Source: Octopus vulgaris
Lineage: Eukaryota
Assembly (NCBI GenBank): GCA_951406725.2
Contig: OX597827.1
Location: forward strand, 70,866,001-70,930,000
Length of the DNA: 64,000 bases
Direction of reading: 5' to 3'
The position numbers were made by a program, and so were the translations under genes. Of this stretch, positions 1 through 15,831 are shown in pieces. Under the pieces are notes generated by a model. It was not told the DNA's origin, did not search any database, and saw only the letters and a list, made by a program, of their open reading frames with translations. Position 1 is the stretch's first letter, and each line of letters opens with the position of its first letter.

Positions 1-134
1 CGCCCTGTTTTCCATTTTTTTCTCGTTGTTTATGTATTTCATGTTATTTGCATCGTTGGTAACATCCTGTACCCGTATATGTATATATATATATACATAT
101 ATATATACATATATATATACATATATATATGCAT

Positions 135-175
<41 letters not shown>

Positions 176-280
176 TATATATTCCAAATAATAAAGCAAA
201 GCAATCCTTTAACACATGTTTACGGATTTATCACCATTGTTTCTGTACCAATTCCTGCTTGCAAAACCAGTTTATATATT

Positions 281-415
281 CTTTTATTCTTTTATTTGTT
301 TCCCTCATTTGACTGTGGCCATGCTGGAGCACCCCCTTTAGTCGAGCAAACCGACGCCAGGACTTATTCTTTGTAAATCTAGTACTTATTCTATCGGTTT
401 CTTTTGTCGAACCGT
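281..415 (-). mobile_element. SINE family A, 3' fragment
   Basis: GGCCATGCTGGAGCACC...AGTACTTATTCTATCGG. Confidence 0.8.
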
Positions 416-495
416 AAATGTGTGTCTGTCTGTCTGTTTGCGTGTTTGTGCATGCTTGTGTGTATATATACTTTGTATGTGTGTGTGTATACATG

Positions 496-526
<31 letters not shown>

Positions 527-569
527 TTATGTATGTGTATATATATATATATGTATATATGTATGTATA

Positions 570-614
<45 letters not shown>

Positions 615-1394
615 GCACATATATTCAATTATATCAGTGTCGATACATACATTAATATACACCCACATACATACATACGTACATATATACATACGTACAT
701 ACATACATGCATAAATACATACATGCATACATGCATACATACACGCATACATACATACATACATACATACATGCATACATACATACATACATACATACAT
801 ACGTACGTACATACATACATACATACATACATACATACATGCATGCATACATACATACATACATACATACATACATACATACATACATACATACATACAT
901 ACATACATACATGCATACATACATACATACATACATACATACAAACATACATACATACATACATACAAATACATACATACATACATGCATACATGCATAC
1001 ATACATCCGTGTACATAAGCTTTATAACCTCGCATCTCAACACGGCCACACCTACTCACATAGAGTCATCCGCTGGTTCGCCATACGGATAGCACATACA
1101 CACATGCCAACTGATATACACAACATACGAACCGAAACCCACTACCACCACATACCCACACTATGAAAACATAGGTATAGACACGGGTACATTTGTATAG
1201 TCAGACACGCATACCCTCACACACACACACTCACACACACACACACACTCACACACATGGGTACACACGTACACGCATCCGTATGTATAAACATGTAGGG
1301 ATACAAAGAAACACGAGAGGATGTGTAAACTAAGTTTCGGCGTTAAACTAAACTGTTTATCTTTCAAATAACTGAGTTGATTGCCACCACTGCG

Positions 1395-1418
1395 ATGACG
1401 ACGACCATGATGATGATT

Positions 1419-1459
<41 letters not shown>

Positions 1460-1468
1460 GACGACGAC

Positions 1469-1512
<44 letters not shown>

Positions 1513-1819
1513 CGATGATGATGATGATGATGAAGACGACGACGATGATGATGATGATGATGATGATGACGATGATGATGATTATGATGATGGTGATAAT
1601 GATCATGATGATGATGACGACGATGATGATGATGATAATGATTATGATGATGACGACGACGATGATGATGATGACGATGATGACGATGATGATGATGATA
1701 ATGATTATGATGATGACGACGACGATGATGATGATGATGATGATGATGAAGACGACGACGATGATGATGACGATGATGATGATGATGATGATGATGAAGA
1801 CGACGACGATGATGATGAC

Positions 1820-1861
<42 letters not shown>

Positions 1862-1906
1862 AATGATGATGATGATGATGATGAAGACGACGACGATGAT
1901 GATGAC

Positions 1907-1946
<40 letters not shown>

Positions 1947-2180
1947 GCAGTTATGGGTATGATAATAATGATGATGATGGCAGTGATGGTGACTATTGTG
2001 GTGGTGGCGGTGGTGGCGGCGGCGGCAGCAGCGGCGGCGGCGGTGGTGGTGGTGGTGATGCTGCTGCTACTCCTGCTGCTGATGGTGATAGTTGTGGTGG
2101 TACTCGTAGTGGTCATTTCGACAACGACGACGATGATGATGAGAACGATGATGTTGACGACAATGATGATGATGATGATG
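1395..2180. repeat. compound trinucleotide array (GAT/GAC grading to GGT/GGC)
   Basis: Direct reading. Confidence 0.95.
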
Positions 2181-2236
2181 ATTGTCATATTCGCCGCCAT
2201 CAATATCATCATTCTTATTGCAGTTAAACGTGCCGG

Positions 2237-2298
<62 letters not shown>

Positions 2299-2535
2299 CT
2301 CTCTCTCATACGCACACACACACACACACATACATACATAAGCATGTGCTTTAGCATACACATGTATGCATGCAAAAAAATTGTATGTACGTATATGTAT
2401 GTACGTATGTATCAATGTATGTATGTGGCTATCTCTATATACACAGATATATATATATATATTCATATATAAATATATATATATATACACACATATGTAT
2501 AAACATGTACGTACGTACATACATACATGCATATG

Positions 2536-2566
<31 letters not shown>

Positions 2567-2622
2567 ATGTATGTATATAGTTTGTTCCTTCTCGAGTCAT
2601 ACCTGGCTCATAAGGGCCGGTT

Positions 2623-2868
2623 ACCCAAAACTGATCAAAGAGGAAAAGGATCCCATTACCTTTAAACGGAGTCTGGGTAAATTTCTTCGAGGAATGCCAG
2701 ATAAGCCACCTACACCTGGATACCACTCACTCAACAAGAACTCACTACTTGAATGGACCCTAATATCACAAAACTTGACTTTAAAAGGATTTAGTTAGTC
2801 CTATGAGGTGGTGCTATTAAATTAGACATGGCGTGGACCAATCTTTGGTCGAAACATATCTAAGTTTT
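2623..2868 (+). mobile_element. 5'-truncated CR1/L2-group LINE 3' end
   Basis: IKEEKDPITFKRSLGKFLRGMPDKP..GY...NKNSLLEW plus a 3' UTR stem-loop; second copy at 26470-26771. Confidence 0.7.
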
Positions 2869-3048
2869 ATATGTATATATATATATATAGTCATACATAT
2901 ACAGATATACATATATACATACATATATATATGTTTATATATATATATATATAAATTTATATATACGGATAATATCGATATTTAAATATCGATATTATCA
3001 AGTGGCCATGCTGGCCACTTGATAACATTTTAGGTGGTTTTTAGTGTC

Positions 3049-3487
<439 letters not shown>

Positions 3488-3531
3488 TATCCAGTACCGC
3501 TGCCGTAGTCTCCTTTGGAGAGAATTAGAAA

Positions 3532-3567
<36 letters not shown>

Positions 3568-3576
3568 CATATTTAT

Positions 3577-3631
<55 letters not shown>

Positions 3632-4229
3632 TGCTCGTGTGTGCGCGTGTGCATGTATATAGACATGCATATATACATACACATACACACATACACACAC
3701 ATACGTAACATTTTCTAAATAGGGATATTTAGTATATTTTTAATCTTATCAGTGACTTCATTTTTTTTTTCTTTTACTTTTCCTTAGAAAACAAAACAAA
3801 ATAAAACCCCGCTGTCTTTGTCCCATTGTTATTGTTTTAAAAATATCTAGAGCACCTTGTTTTATATTTAGCTTTTCTCTCGTTGCAAATATACCTTCGC
3901 CTTATGTATATCTCTCGTGCGATGTCAATTTGACCTGTGTATCTTGAGATGCCGTGTGTTGCATTATAAACAAATTGTTATCACTAACGTACTCACAACA
4001 AGCCTGTGCGCCTCCCCTGAATATGATACTGTATAATACAGGTCGTACAGAAATGACAGTGCAGCTGTATTGAGAGGACTGTGAACGGATGATGTACAAG
4101 ATGTCGGCCGAAATCGTTTACAATGTCCATCCGTAATCCCACTCTGTAGTTCTTATTGTAACTTATGAAGAAAGCATTATCCTAGATACGCTATATCCAG
4201 ATATATATGCATATATGTCGGTAAATACA

Positions 4230-4357
<128 letters not shown>

Positions 4358-4468
4358 CAACATATATATATATATATGTATATATGTATTTTAAGCAATT
4401 ATAAACAAGGGCAAAAGAAAAAAGATTTCTATACCAAAGAATTTATTAGAAGTATATATATATGTACG

Positions 4469-4557
<89 letters not shown>

Positions 4558-4849
4558 GGATGGATGGATGGATGGATGGATGGATGGATGGATGGATGGA
4601 TGGATGGATGGATGGAAGGATGGATGGATGAATGTACAAACTCCTAGATAGACTGCTAGATAGATAGATAGATAGATAGATATGTTTCTTTATTAGCCAT
4701 ACAGGGCTGCACACAGATAGAACAAATTACAAGGTAGAGCTTTTCTTTTGAAGGTTAAAAAAAAAAAAAAAAAAAAGGAAGGGGGAGTTTCGATCAAAAG
4801 GGATCGTAAAAGGAGAGAAAGAGGACAAAAAAATGGGGGGTTAAAAAAA

Positions 4850-4919
<70 letters not shown>

Positions 4920-5030
4920 GGATGGATGGATGGATGGATGGATGGATGGATGGATGGATGAATGGATGGATGGATGGATGAATGTACAGACAGCTAGATA
5001 GACTGCTAGATAGATAGATAGTAGATAGAT

Positions 5031-5103
<73 letters not shown>

Positions 5104-5382
5104 TGAATATGAACACACACGCACATACACATGACCACACACACACACACATTGATACAGAGAAAAGTACATATTAATATGTAACTGATAAAATGAATTT
5201 ATAACCTAGATATATATATAAATATGCTCCATCCTTCCCTCCCCTACAAGAAGTGCATGAAACTGGATATGCGTGTACGTATATGTGTGTGTTTACATAC
5301 ATATACACGTATACATTCACATACATATATAAATGTGTACGTATGTGTGTATGTATGTATATATGTATGTATGTTTGTGTGT

Positions 5383-5767
5383 GTGGAGCCGCAATGGCCC
5401 AGTGGTTAGGGCAGCGGACTCGCGGTCGTAGGATCGCGCTTTCGATTCCCAGACCGGGCATTGTGAGTGTTTATTGAGCGAAAACACCTTAAAGCTCCAC
5501 GAGGCTCCGGCAGGGGATGGTGGTGGTGATCCCTGCTGTACTCTTTCACCACAACTTTCTCTCACTCTTACTTCCTGTTTCTGTTGTACCTGTATTTCAA
5601 AGGGCCAGCCTTGTCACTCTCTGTGTCACGCTGAATATCCCCGAGAACTACGTTAAGGGTACACGTGTCTGTGGAGTGCTCAGCCACTTACACGTTAATT
5701 TCACGAGCAGGCTGTTCCGTTGATTCGGATCAACCGGAACCCTCATCGTCGTAACCGACGGAGTGCT
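5383..5767 (+). mobile_element. tRNA(Arg)-like SINE family C
   Basis: Head TGGCCCAGTGGTTAGGGCAGCGGACTCGCGGTC...TTCGATTCCC; duplicated at 7379-7763. Confidence 0.88.
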
Positions 5768-5776
5768 AAGAAGAGA

Positions 5777-5811
<35 letters not shown>

Positions 5812-5997
5812 ATCAGGTCATATCGTGTGGAGTTCGCAATCAATGAAAAACCGTTTGCCCCAAATTTACACCAGAATCGACATTTCTGCAAAGGCTTTTT
5901 AACAAGGAATTCCGCCAGGTTAACTGAAAGAACAGGGAGAAGGGACACCAGTGCGGACCTATGCTCCTGCTGTCTGTATGGGAATATGTGTGCGCGC

Positions 5998-6056
<59 letters not shown>

Positions 6057-6067
6057 TACATAAATAC

Positions 6068-6177
<110 letters not shown>

Positions 6178-6352
6178 TTTATTTTAAGCAATTATAAACA
6201 AGGGCAAAAGAAAAAAGATTTCTATACCAAAGAATTTATTAGAAGTATATATATGTACGTAGATAGATAGATAGATAGATATGTTTCTTTATTAGCCACA
6301 CAGGGCTGCACACAGATAGAACAAATTACAAGGTAGAGCTTTTCTTTTGAAG

Positions 6353-6386
<34 letters not shown>

Positions 6387-6457
6387 AGGGGGAGTTTCGA
6401 TCAAAAGGGATCGTAAAAGGAGAGAAAGAGGACAAAAAAAAAGGGGGGTTAAAAAAA

Positions 6458-6515
<58 letters not shown>

Positions 6516-6602
6516 GGATGGATGGATGGATGGATGGATGGATGGATGGATGGATGGATGGAAGGATGGATGGATGAATGTACAAACTCCTAGATAGACT
6601 GC

Positions 6603-6636
<34 letters not shown>

Positions 6637-6801
6637 TGTTTCTTTATTAGCCACACAGGGCTGCACACAGATAGAACAAATTACAAGGTAGAGCTTTTCT
6701 TTTGAAGGTTAAAAAAAAAAAAAAAAAAAGGAAGGGGGAGTTTCGATCAAAAGGGATCGTAAAAGGAGAGAAAGAGGACAAAAAAAAGGGGGGTTAAAAA
6801 A

Positions 6802-6891
<90 letters not shown>

Positions 6892-6994
6892 GGATGGATG
6901 GATGGATGGATGGATGGATGGATGAATGGATGGATGGATGGATGAATGTACAGACAGCTAGATAGACTGCTAGATAGATAGATAGTAGATAGAT

Positions 6995-7099
<105 letters not shown>

Positions 7100-7378
7100 T
7101 GAATATGAACACACACGCACATACACATGACCACACACACACACACATTGATACAGAGAAAAGTACATATTAATATGTAACTGATAAAATGAATTTATAA
7201 CCTAGATATATATATAAATATGCTCCATCCTTCCCTCCCCTACAAGAAGTGCATGAAACTGGATATGCGTGTACGTATATGTGTGTGTTTACATACATAT
7301 ACACGTATACATTCACATACATATATAAATGTGTACGTATGTGTGTATGTATGTATATATGTATGTATGTTTGTGTGT

Positions 7379-7763
7379 GTGGAGCCGCAATGGCCCAGTG
7401 GTTAGGGCAGCGGACTCGCGGTCGTAGGATCGCGCTTTCGATTCCCAGACCGGGCATTGTGAGTGTTTATTGAGCGAAAACACCTTAAAGCTCCACGAGG
7501 CTCCGGCAGGGGATGGTGGTGGTGATCCCTGCTGTACTCTTTCACCACAACTTTCTCTCACTCTTACTTCCTGTTTCTGTTGTACCTGTATTTCAAAGGG
7601 CCAGCCTTGTCACTCTCTGTGTCACGCTGAATATCCCCGAGAACTACGTTAAGGGTACACGTGTCTGTGGAGTGCTCAGCCACTTACACGTTAATTTCAC
7701 GAGCAGGCTGTTCCGTTGATTCGGATCAACCGGAACCCTCATCGTCGTAACCGACGGAGTGCT
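7379..7763 (+). mobile_element. SINE family C (in tandem duplicate)
   Basis: Identical to 5383-5767. Confidence 0.88.
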
Positions 7764-7772
7764 AAGAAGAGA

Positions 7773-7807
<35 letters not shown>

Positions 7808-7993
7808 ATCAGGTCATATCGTGTGGAGTTCGCAATCAATGAAAAACCGTTTGCCCCAAATTTACACCAGAATCGACATTTCTGCAAAGGCTTTTTAACA
7901 AGGAATTCCGCCAGGTTAACTGAAAGAACAGGGAGAAGGGACACCAGTGCGGACCTATGCTCCTGCTGTCTGTATGGGAATATGTGTGCGCGC

Positions 7994-8056
<63 letters not shown>

Positions 8057-8067
8057 TACATAAATAC

Positions 8068-8154
<87 letters not shown>

Positions 8155-8219
8155 TACATGCAACTATTTCTTGAGAAACTGTATTTATTAACAAACGAAT
8201 ACATAGATTCAAGGAACTA

Positions 8220-8785
8220 TTGGATTGTCCGGAAAGTTCGTGCCGATTTTTAAAGGAAAGAAAGAGGTCAATAAATACTTGCAGGTACATTTTTAATAAA
8301 CCAAATATGAACCATTTTGTTGCACAATGCATCTCCATCTTTCCTTTAACTTGAAAATACCCTCTTCTCAGAATTGAGGTGGTTTCATGGCAAAGAATTC
8401 ATCAAGGTATCTTTTTACGTCACCCAAAGAATTGAGATTTTTACCATTAAGACTATTCAGCAGAGACCTGAATATGTGGAAATCCAAAGGAGCGCTATCT
8501 GGTGAATATGGAGGATGGGGTGACACATCATAGCCGAGCTGCAGCAATTTTTGTCTGGTTCCCAAATCATCAAGTGCCGAAAATGAACTTTCTTATCTAC
8601 CATTTTAAAGGGTTACAGGATTAACACAGGTTATAGGAACATAAACCTTCTTCCACGAAAAGGTAGCTTAAACTGTGCTCTAAATGGAGGTGTAGTCAAA
8701 TCCTATTTTATGGACTCAACCATGTTCTAAAATAAGTCGAAAGGTAAGCTGCTATAATTCGGCACGAACTTTCCGGACAACCCAA
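8220..8785 (-). mobile_element. internally deleted mariner element with both TIRs
   Basis: TIRs TTGGATTGTCCGGAAAGTTCGTGCCGA / TCGGCACGAACTTTCCGGACAACCCAA, TA on both sides. Minus strand encodes N-terminus MVDKKVHFRHLMIWE (ATG 8603) joined to C-terminus HPPYSPDSAPLDFHIFRSL. Confidence 0.9.
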
Positions 8786-9080
8786 TAGTATCATATGAAA
8801 ATAGCAACCAAGTGTTTATCATGCCAGAAAGCGAGCGGGGTTCACAGTATTTTTAGTGTATTTTAAAGTTGAATGAAGTATTTTTGATTTGAAGTCAATG
8901 AGAATTGGCTAAACAGCAATAATTATACAATTAGCAAGAACTACCACCACCGTAATCAATACCGCGCGCCGTTACCATCATCACTATCACCAACACAAAC
9001 ACCAAAACCAATGCAACACAACTATCATCCTACAAACTTGTGAGTAACCAACTCACAACAATACAACAATAACAGTATCA

Positions 9081-9255
9081 GCCTGAAAGCAATGTCTGTA
9101 GCTACATATGCCTGATAGCAATGTCTGTAGCTACATATGCCTGATAGCAATGTCTGTAGCTACATATGCTTGATAGCAATGTCTGTAGCTACATATGCCT
9201 GATAGCAATGTCTGTAGCTACATATGCTTGATAGCAATGTCTGTAGTTACATATA
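9081..9255. repeat. 29-bp minisatellite, about 6 copies
   Basis: Unit AGCAATGTCTGTAGCTACATATGCCTGAT, no spacers. Confidence 0.95.
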
Positions 9256-9624
9256 CGGAGTGCATGAAGAGAGAGAGACAGAAAGCGCGTTAAGATTTTG
9301 TGGTTTATATCAGAAGTGCAAGGGGCAAAGTGGTCTCAACCCTGGCAACCTTTCAAATGACTGTAATTATATAGACCGTCCTCCTACTGCAATCCTTTAC
9401 CCTTTCATTTCCTTACTTCCATTCTTACATCCATCGGAATAACAACAATATTTCGCTCTCACAAAAACAGTTCTTTCATGCAACTATTTCTTTTTAACTA
9501 TGAGCTCTGTGGTAAAAATAAAATTTCTGATCGCTGCCGCTGGTGGATTAACATACCATTGAAGATCTCTGAAAAGAAGCTATCAAGACGAACTGAGAGC
9601 AATAATGCAAAAATGAACTGTAAT

Positions 9625-10048
9625 AGGCGTAGGAGTGGCTGTGTGGTAAGTAGCTTGCTTATGACCCACATGGTTCCGGGTTCAGTCCCACTGAGTAGCA
9701 CCTTGGGCAAGTGTTTTCTACTATAGCCTCGGACCAACCAAAGCCTTGTCAGTGGATTTGGTAGACGGAAACTGAAAAAACCACGTCGTATATATGCATA
9801 TACATATATATATGTATGTGGGTGTATATGTTTATGTGTCTGTGTTTGTCCACCCCACCAACATCACTTGACAACCGATGCTGGTGTGTTTACGTCCCCC
9901 GTAACTTAGCGGTTCGGCAAAAAGAGACCGATAGAATCAGTACTAGGCTTACAAAGAACAAGTCATGGGGGTCGATTCGTTCGACCAAAGGCGGTGCTCC
10001 AGCATGGCCACGGTCACATGACTGAAACAAATAAAAGAGTAAAAAGAG
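9625..10048 (+). mobile_element. tRNA-derived SINE family A (internal TA/TG microsatellite, AAAAGAGT tail)
   Basis: A-box-like TGGCTGTGTGG, B-box-like GGTTCAGTCCC; many copies in the window. Confidence 0.9.
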
Positions 10049-10683
10049 TTGAAAAAAGAATTACAGTTGGTAGAAAATTCGATGTTTTAAAATATGGCTG
10101 ATGCAGCTTTTAGTTATTCGCACAATTCAGGAATCTGGTCTCGGTTTTCCTTTGCTGCGTACTCTTTACCATTGCCTATCCTAAACCGTTCCTAAGAAAA
10201 TCTTCTTTGTTTTCTCTTCATTTTCATCTTTTCCACTTCGTAGTCCTCCTTCCCCCCTCCCCATCCTATTATTTCCACATTTCTTCTTCAATTACGTAAA
10301 TTTTTTAACCTATAATTACTCATATCTGTCGCTATTCCTACCAACAATATTTTAACTTTACCATTTTCCACCTTTTTCTCATTCCCCACGATTTCTCTTT
10401 CTCTCTCTTTCTTCTCTCTCTCTCCTCTCTCCTCTCCCTCTCTCCCACTTTCATCTCTCTTTCCTCTCTCTCTCTCTCTCTCTCTCTCCATCTATCTATC
10501 TATATATCTATCTAACTTTATATATGTGTGTGTGCGTGCGTGCATATGTGTGTATGTATATATGAATACTTACATATATATTCATATATATATATATACA
10601 CACATATACATATATATATATACACACATATACACATATATACATATATATACATACATGTGTATATATGTATGTATGTATAA

Positions 10684-10717
<34 letters not shown>

Positions 10718-10732
10718 CATATATATATATAC

Positions 10733-10764
<32 letters not shown>

Positions 10765-11274
10765 ATGTAAGTATGTATGTATGTATGTATGTAAGTATGT
10801 ATGTATGTATGCATGTATGTATGTATGTATGTATGTATGTATGTATGTATGTATATATACACGCGCCCCGACCGCCAGACTTAAACAAAGAGTAAGAGGA
10901 TCGTCACAGTTGAAATTTTGGCATCTCCGCTAGTATGTCTGCTAATAACACCGATCTTGTTGCAATACCTATTATACATACATACATACGTACATACATA
11001 CATACATACATACATACATAAGTACGTATGTACGTACGTATGTACGTACGTATGTACGTACGTACGTACATATATATAGATCGTCAGTAAATCATATTTA
11101 CGTATAAATATACTATATATTTAATAAGCGGCCAATAACCGTATATAACATATATATATATATATATATATATACATCCGTTTTATGCCGTGTGTGCATA
11201 TTTGAAAATGTGTTCTGGTTTTGCCATATATCTGCATTCGTTTATACATTTATAATCTCCTTATTTATAATCTA

Positions 11275-11300
11275 TTATTATTATAATTATTATTGCTATC

Positions 11301-11387
<87 letters not shown>

Positions 11388-11962
11388 ATTATTGTTGTTG
11401 TTGTTGTTATTACGTTTCCAAGTCTGTTATTAGTTTTACTGCTGCTGTTGTTTGTGCTACTGTAAGATTCTGGTGTAGTTGCTGTTGTTGTTGTTGTTGT
11501 TGTTGTTGTAGCTGGTCTTGTTCTGGTTGATGCTGTTGTTGTGGTGGTGTTCGTAGTGGTTGTGATGATGACGGTGGTGGCTGCGGTGTGGCGGTGATGA
11601 CGAAGGTGATGATGATGATGATGATGATGGCGACGACGATGGTGTGGTGATGGTGGCGGTGGTGATGGTGGTGATGGTGATGGTGGTGGTGATGGTGGTG
11701 GTGTTGATGGTGGTGGTGATGGTGGTGGTTGTGGTGATGGTGTCGGTGGTGATGGTGGTGGTGGTGATGGTGGTGGTGATGGTGGTGGTGGTGGTGATGG
11801 TGTCGGTGGTGATGGTGGTGGTGGTGGTGGTGATGGTGGTGGTGGTGGTGATGGTGGTGGTGGTAGTGATGGTGGTGGTGGTGTGGTGGTGATGAACAGG
11901 GCGATGATGATGATGACTACGACGACGACGACGATGATGATGACTACGACGACGACGACGAC

Positions 11963-11994
<32 letters not shown>

Positions 11995-11995
11995 C

Positions 11996-12030
<35 letters not shown>

Positions 12031-12162
12031 CGACGACGATGATGAAGGTGGTGGTGGTAGTGGCGGTGGTTGCGGCGGCGGCAGCGGCGGCGGCAGCGGC
12101 GGCGGCAGCGGTGGCGGTGGTGTTTGACGAACATTCCAGAATAAAGAATTGGTTTCGCCAAA

Positions 12163-12198
<36 letters not shown>

Positions 12199-12250
12199 AA
12201 AAAAGAAAGAAAGAAAGAAGGGAAGACAGAAAGAAAGAAAGAAAGAAAGG
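11275..12250. repeat. compound ATT/GTT/GGT/GAT/GGC and GAAA arrays
   Basis: Direct reading. Confidence 0.95.
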
Positions 12251-12530
12251 AAGAGTTTTGTTCTAACAGGATAATGGCAGCTAAGTTTATGGTTTCTACA
12301 TATGTACTCGGTTCTCGTTTCGAAATAATTACCTCTTTTATGGTCGGAACCAGAGGAGGAACACAAGCAACCCGATAGCACAAACAAGGATGGTGCATTG
12401 GCAGAAGTTGGAGAACTGGCCTGGCACAGATTTTGTTACTTCCATATATTTCCTGAGTTCAAACCACGCCGAAGTCGACTTTATAGTTTTCTTACTTCCG
12501 GAGTACAAAACAAAATTGTTGTTGTTGTTG

Positions 12531-12593
<63 letters not shown>

Positions 12594-12809
12594 TTGTTGT
12601 TGTTTTTGTTGCTGCTGTTTAGCCCCCAGGATCCAAGACCAAAAATGTTCCACCCTTGGGCGTCCTATCATTGTATGATTATTTAGAGCGCAAACAGGGT
12701 CGTGTGGTTACGAAGTTCGCTTCGATTTTAGTTTCTGCCCGGGGTCGACCAATGCTCCAGTGCCATTAGAGTGAATTTGATAGGCGGATGGAAACTGCTT
12801 CGAAACCTG

Positions 12810-12934
<125 letters not shown>

Positions 12935-12974
12935 CAGGGATTTAAAAAAATTTCGAACGAGTAGAAGTGGTAAG

Positions 12975-13214
12975 AAAAGAAATTGAAAATGCACTTGAAG
13001 TCTTTGAAAAGATTTATTTACACTTATGAAACCGGTTTCAGTGTGATGATTTTCAAAAGAAGTGAGAGAGAGATGGGGGGGGGGGGGGAGTAGAGTAGTT
13101 ATGATTTATCTATCTCGACTCTCCCATTTCGTACTACTTTCGAAATGTGAAACCGGCAAAAATAAATGAAAATAAATCTTTTTAAAAGCTCGAAGTGCAT
13201 TTTCAACTTCTTTT
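12975..13214. repeat. old degraded foldback next to (TA)n
   Basis: AAAAGAAATTGAAAATGCACTT...AAAAGATTTATTT vs AAATAAATCTTTT...AAGTGCATTTTCAACTTCTTTT. Confidence 0.65.
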
Positions 13215-13522
13215 GTATGTTTATGTTGTTGTGTCGGTGAGAAATCCGTGATAAAGGAGATGGCCGTAGGCCAACTCGATCATGGCTGAGCAGAGACTAA
13301 ACAACAATAACAACAACAATAATTGTTTCGAGCGTAAGTACAAGTTTTGAAATATGGAGGAGGAAAGATTAGTCATTGGCAAGGACTTGACTGATATTTT
13401 ATTTTCTCGACCCCGAAACGGTGAAAGACAAAGATGACCTCAGCGATATTTGAACTTGCAACAGAACGCAGAGAGGCGAAAGAAATACCTCATAGCATTT
13501 TGTCTGTTACCCCTACGATTCT

Positions 13523-13745
13523 TATTTCTTTATTGCCCACAAGGGGCTAAACATAGAGGGGACAGACAAACGGATTAAGTCGATTATATCGATTCCAGTG
13601 CGTAACTGGTACTTAATTTATCGACCCAGAAGGGATGAAAGGCAAAGTCGACCTCGGCGGAATTTGAACTCAGAACGTAGCGGCAGACGAAATATCGCTA
13701 AACGTTTCGCCTGGCGTGCTCACGTTTCTGCCAGCTTGCCGCCTT
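13523..13745 (-). mobile_element. SINE family B monomer
   Basis: Head GGCGGCxAGCTGGCAGAAACGT, B-box-like GAGTTCAAATTCC, core GCCTTTCATCCTTxxGGGTCGATAAATTAAGTACCAG. Confidence 0.9.
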
Positions 13746-14207
13746 ATCAGCCCTATAATATCATTCTAAAAATGAAGCTATCTCATCAGAATATCGAAGC
13801 CACATTTGACGGAATAATGTAGATGTTTAAGGGTTAAAGCATGCAATAAAGGGTTCAATTTGCATATAGGACCACGAAGGATTTTCGGAGGGACTTCGCA
13901 GGGATTAGAAGTACACCTTATATGACAGGTTCGGCAGAACTTTTGAATACAGTAACACTTATGAGGTATCGTAATTTCGTGTCTGGATATGTGAATATGC
14001 GCGTGTGCGTGTGTGTGTGTGCAAACGTGTGTACATGTATGCATTTACGATTATGTGAGTATTGTGTGTACCTGTGTGTGTGTGGGCGTGTGCGGGTCTC
14101 CGTGTATTGTGTGTGTTGGTACGTATGCATGTTTGGATGTATGCGCGTGTGTGCATATGTGTGTGTGTGTGCATACATCTGTGTACGTGTGTGTATGTGT
14201 GTGTGTA

Positions 14208-14360
14208 TAGGAGTTGCTGTGTGGTAAGTAGCTTGCTTACCAACCTCATGGTTCCGGGTTCAGTCCCACTGCGTGGCACCTTGGGCAAGTGTCTTGTACT
14301 ATAGCCTCGGGCCGACCAAAGCCTTGTGAGTGGATTTGGTAGACGGAAACTGAAAGAAGC

Positions 14361-14439
<79 letters not shown>

Positions 14440-14652
14440 CTGTGTGTTTGTGTTTGTCCCCCCCACAACATCACTTGACAACCGATGCTGGTGTGTTTGC
14501 GTCCCCGTAAGTTTGCGGTTCGGCAAAAGGAAAACGATAGAATAAGTACTAGGCTTCCAAAGAATAAGTCTTGGGTTCAATTTGCTCGACTGAAGGCGGT
14601 GCTCCAGCATGGCCACAGTGAAATGCCTGAAACAAGTAAAAGAGAGAAAGAG
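14208..14652 (+). mobile_element. SINE family A
   Basis: Matches 9625-10048. Confidence 0.9.
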
Positions 14653-15315
14653 AGTGTGTATGTGTGTGTTTGTGTGCGTCCGTGTGTGTGTCCGTGAGTG
14701 CTTATGTGAGTGTGTGTGTGTGTGTGTGTCCGAGAGTGCTTATGTGTGTCCGTGCGTGCTTATGTGTGTCCGTGCGTGCTTATGTGAGTGTGTGTGTGTG
14801 TTTGTATACGTCCGTGTGTGTGTCCGTGTGTGTGTCCGTGTGTGTGTCCGTGTGTGTGTCCGTGAGTGCTTATGTGAGTGTGTGTGTGTGTCTGTGTGTT
14901 TGTGTGTGTTTGAATAGATAATAGTGAATCATTTCCCTTGCACATTGGACGCCATTCCTGAAATATTTCTGTCAAAATAAATTAAGACAAAACACCAACT
15001 CAATTGTATTCCTGTTACGTCTGTCAATCAGAGAAAAGAAAGGAAAAACAAATAACACACACAGAGCCTGATATGAGTTATCTCCTCTTCTTTCTTGTGG
15101 ATTTTTCGTTATTGTTATTTTTTTTTTTTTTATCTGTTCATTTTTGCTCTTTTGTTTCTTTTCGTTTTGGTTGGGATTTTGTGTTATTTATAATTTATAT
15201 ATTGGCTACAGCAAGGAGCATATCAGTGGGTGGCGAGAGGTAGGAGAGAGAAAGGTGGATGAGCAGAAAGTATACAAACACACAGACACACACACACAGA
15301 CACTGACACACACAT

Positions 15316-15347
<32 letters not shown>

Positions 15348-15421
15348 ATGTATGTATGTATGTAGATCTCTCTTCTCTATGTATACATATACTTATATAA
15401 GCTTATATGTGTGTGTATGTA

Positions 15422-15524
<103 letters not shown>

Positions 15525-15610
15525 GTATGTATATATATACATATATACATGTATACATGTATATATATATATGTATGTATATATATATATATATACATAC
15601 ATATATATAT

Positions 15611-15690
<80 letters not shown>

Positions 15691-15831
15691 ACATGTATAT
15701 ATGTATGTATCATGTCGTGCTCTGCATGTGAGAGAGGTTTCATCTCTACTATTTAAAAGTTGCCAGTAGATATTAATTGCTGATTGAAGCAATTAGATAA
15801 CTTGGATGTTATTGTTAGTCATGGAGTAAGC

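Noticed and set aside
1377-2354. Poly-Met ORF (reflectin-like richness considered)
   Set aside because: Pure GAT repeat with no reflectin motif
2825-2868. GACCAA-TCT-TTGGTC GAAAC hairpin as a hammerhead
   Set aside because: No core or stem I; it is the LINE 3' stem-loop, also at about 26735
4078-4125. CGGATGA...GAAATCGTT hammerhead-like string
   Set aside because: Stem II does not pair convincingly
9081-9255. 29-bp repeat with internal palindrome, CRISPR-like length
   Set aside because: No spacers, no cas genes, eukaryotic context
13598-13822. Recurrent MRNWYL...RKDERQSRPRRNLNSER ORFs as a gene family
   Set aside because: Antisense translation of SINE family B
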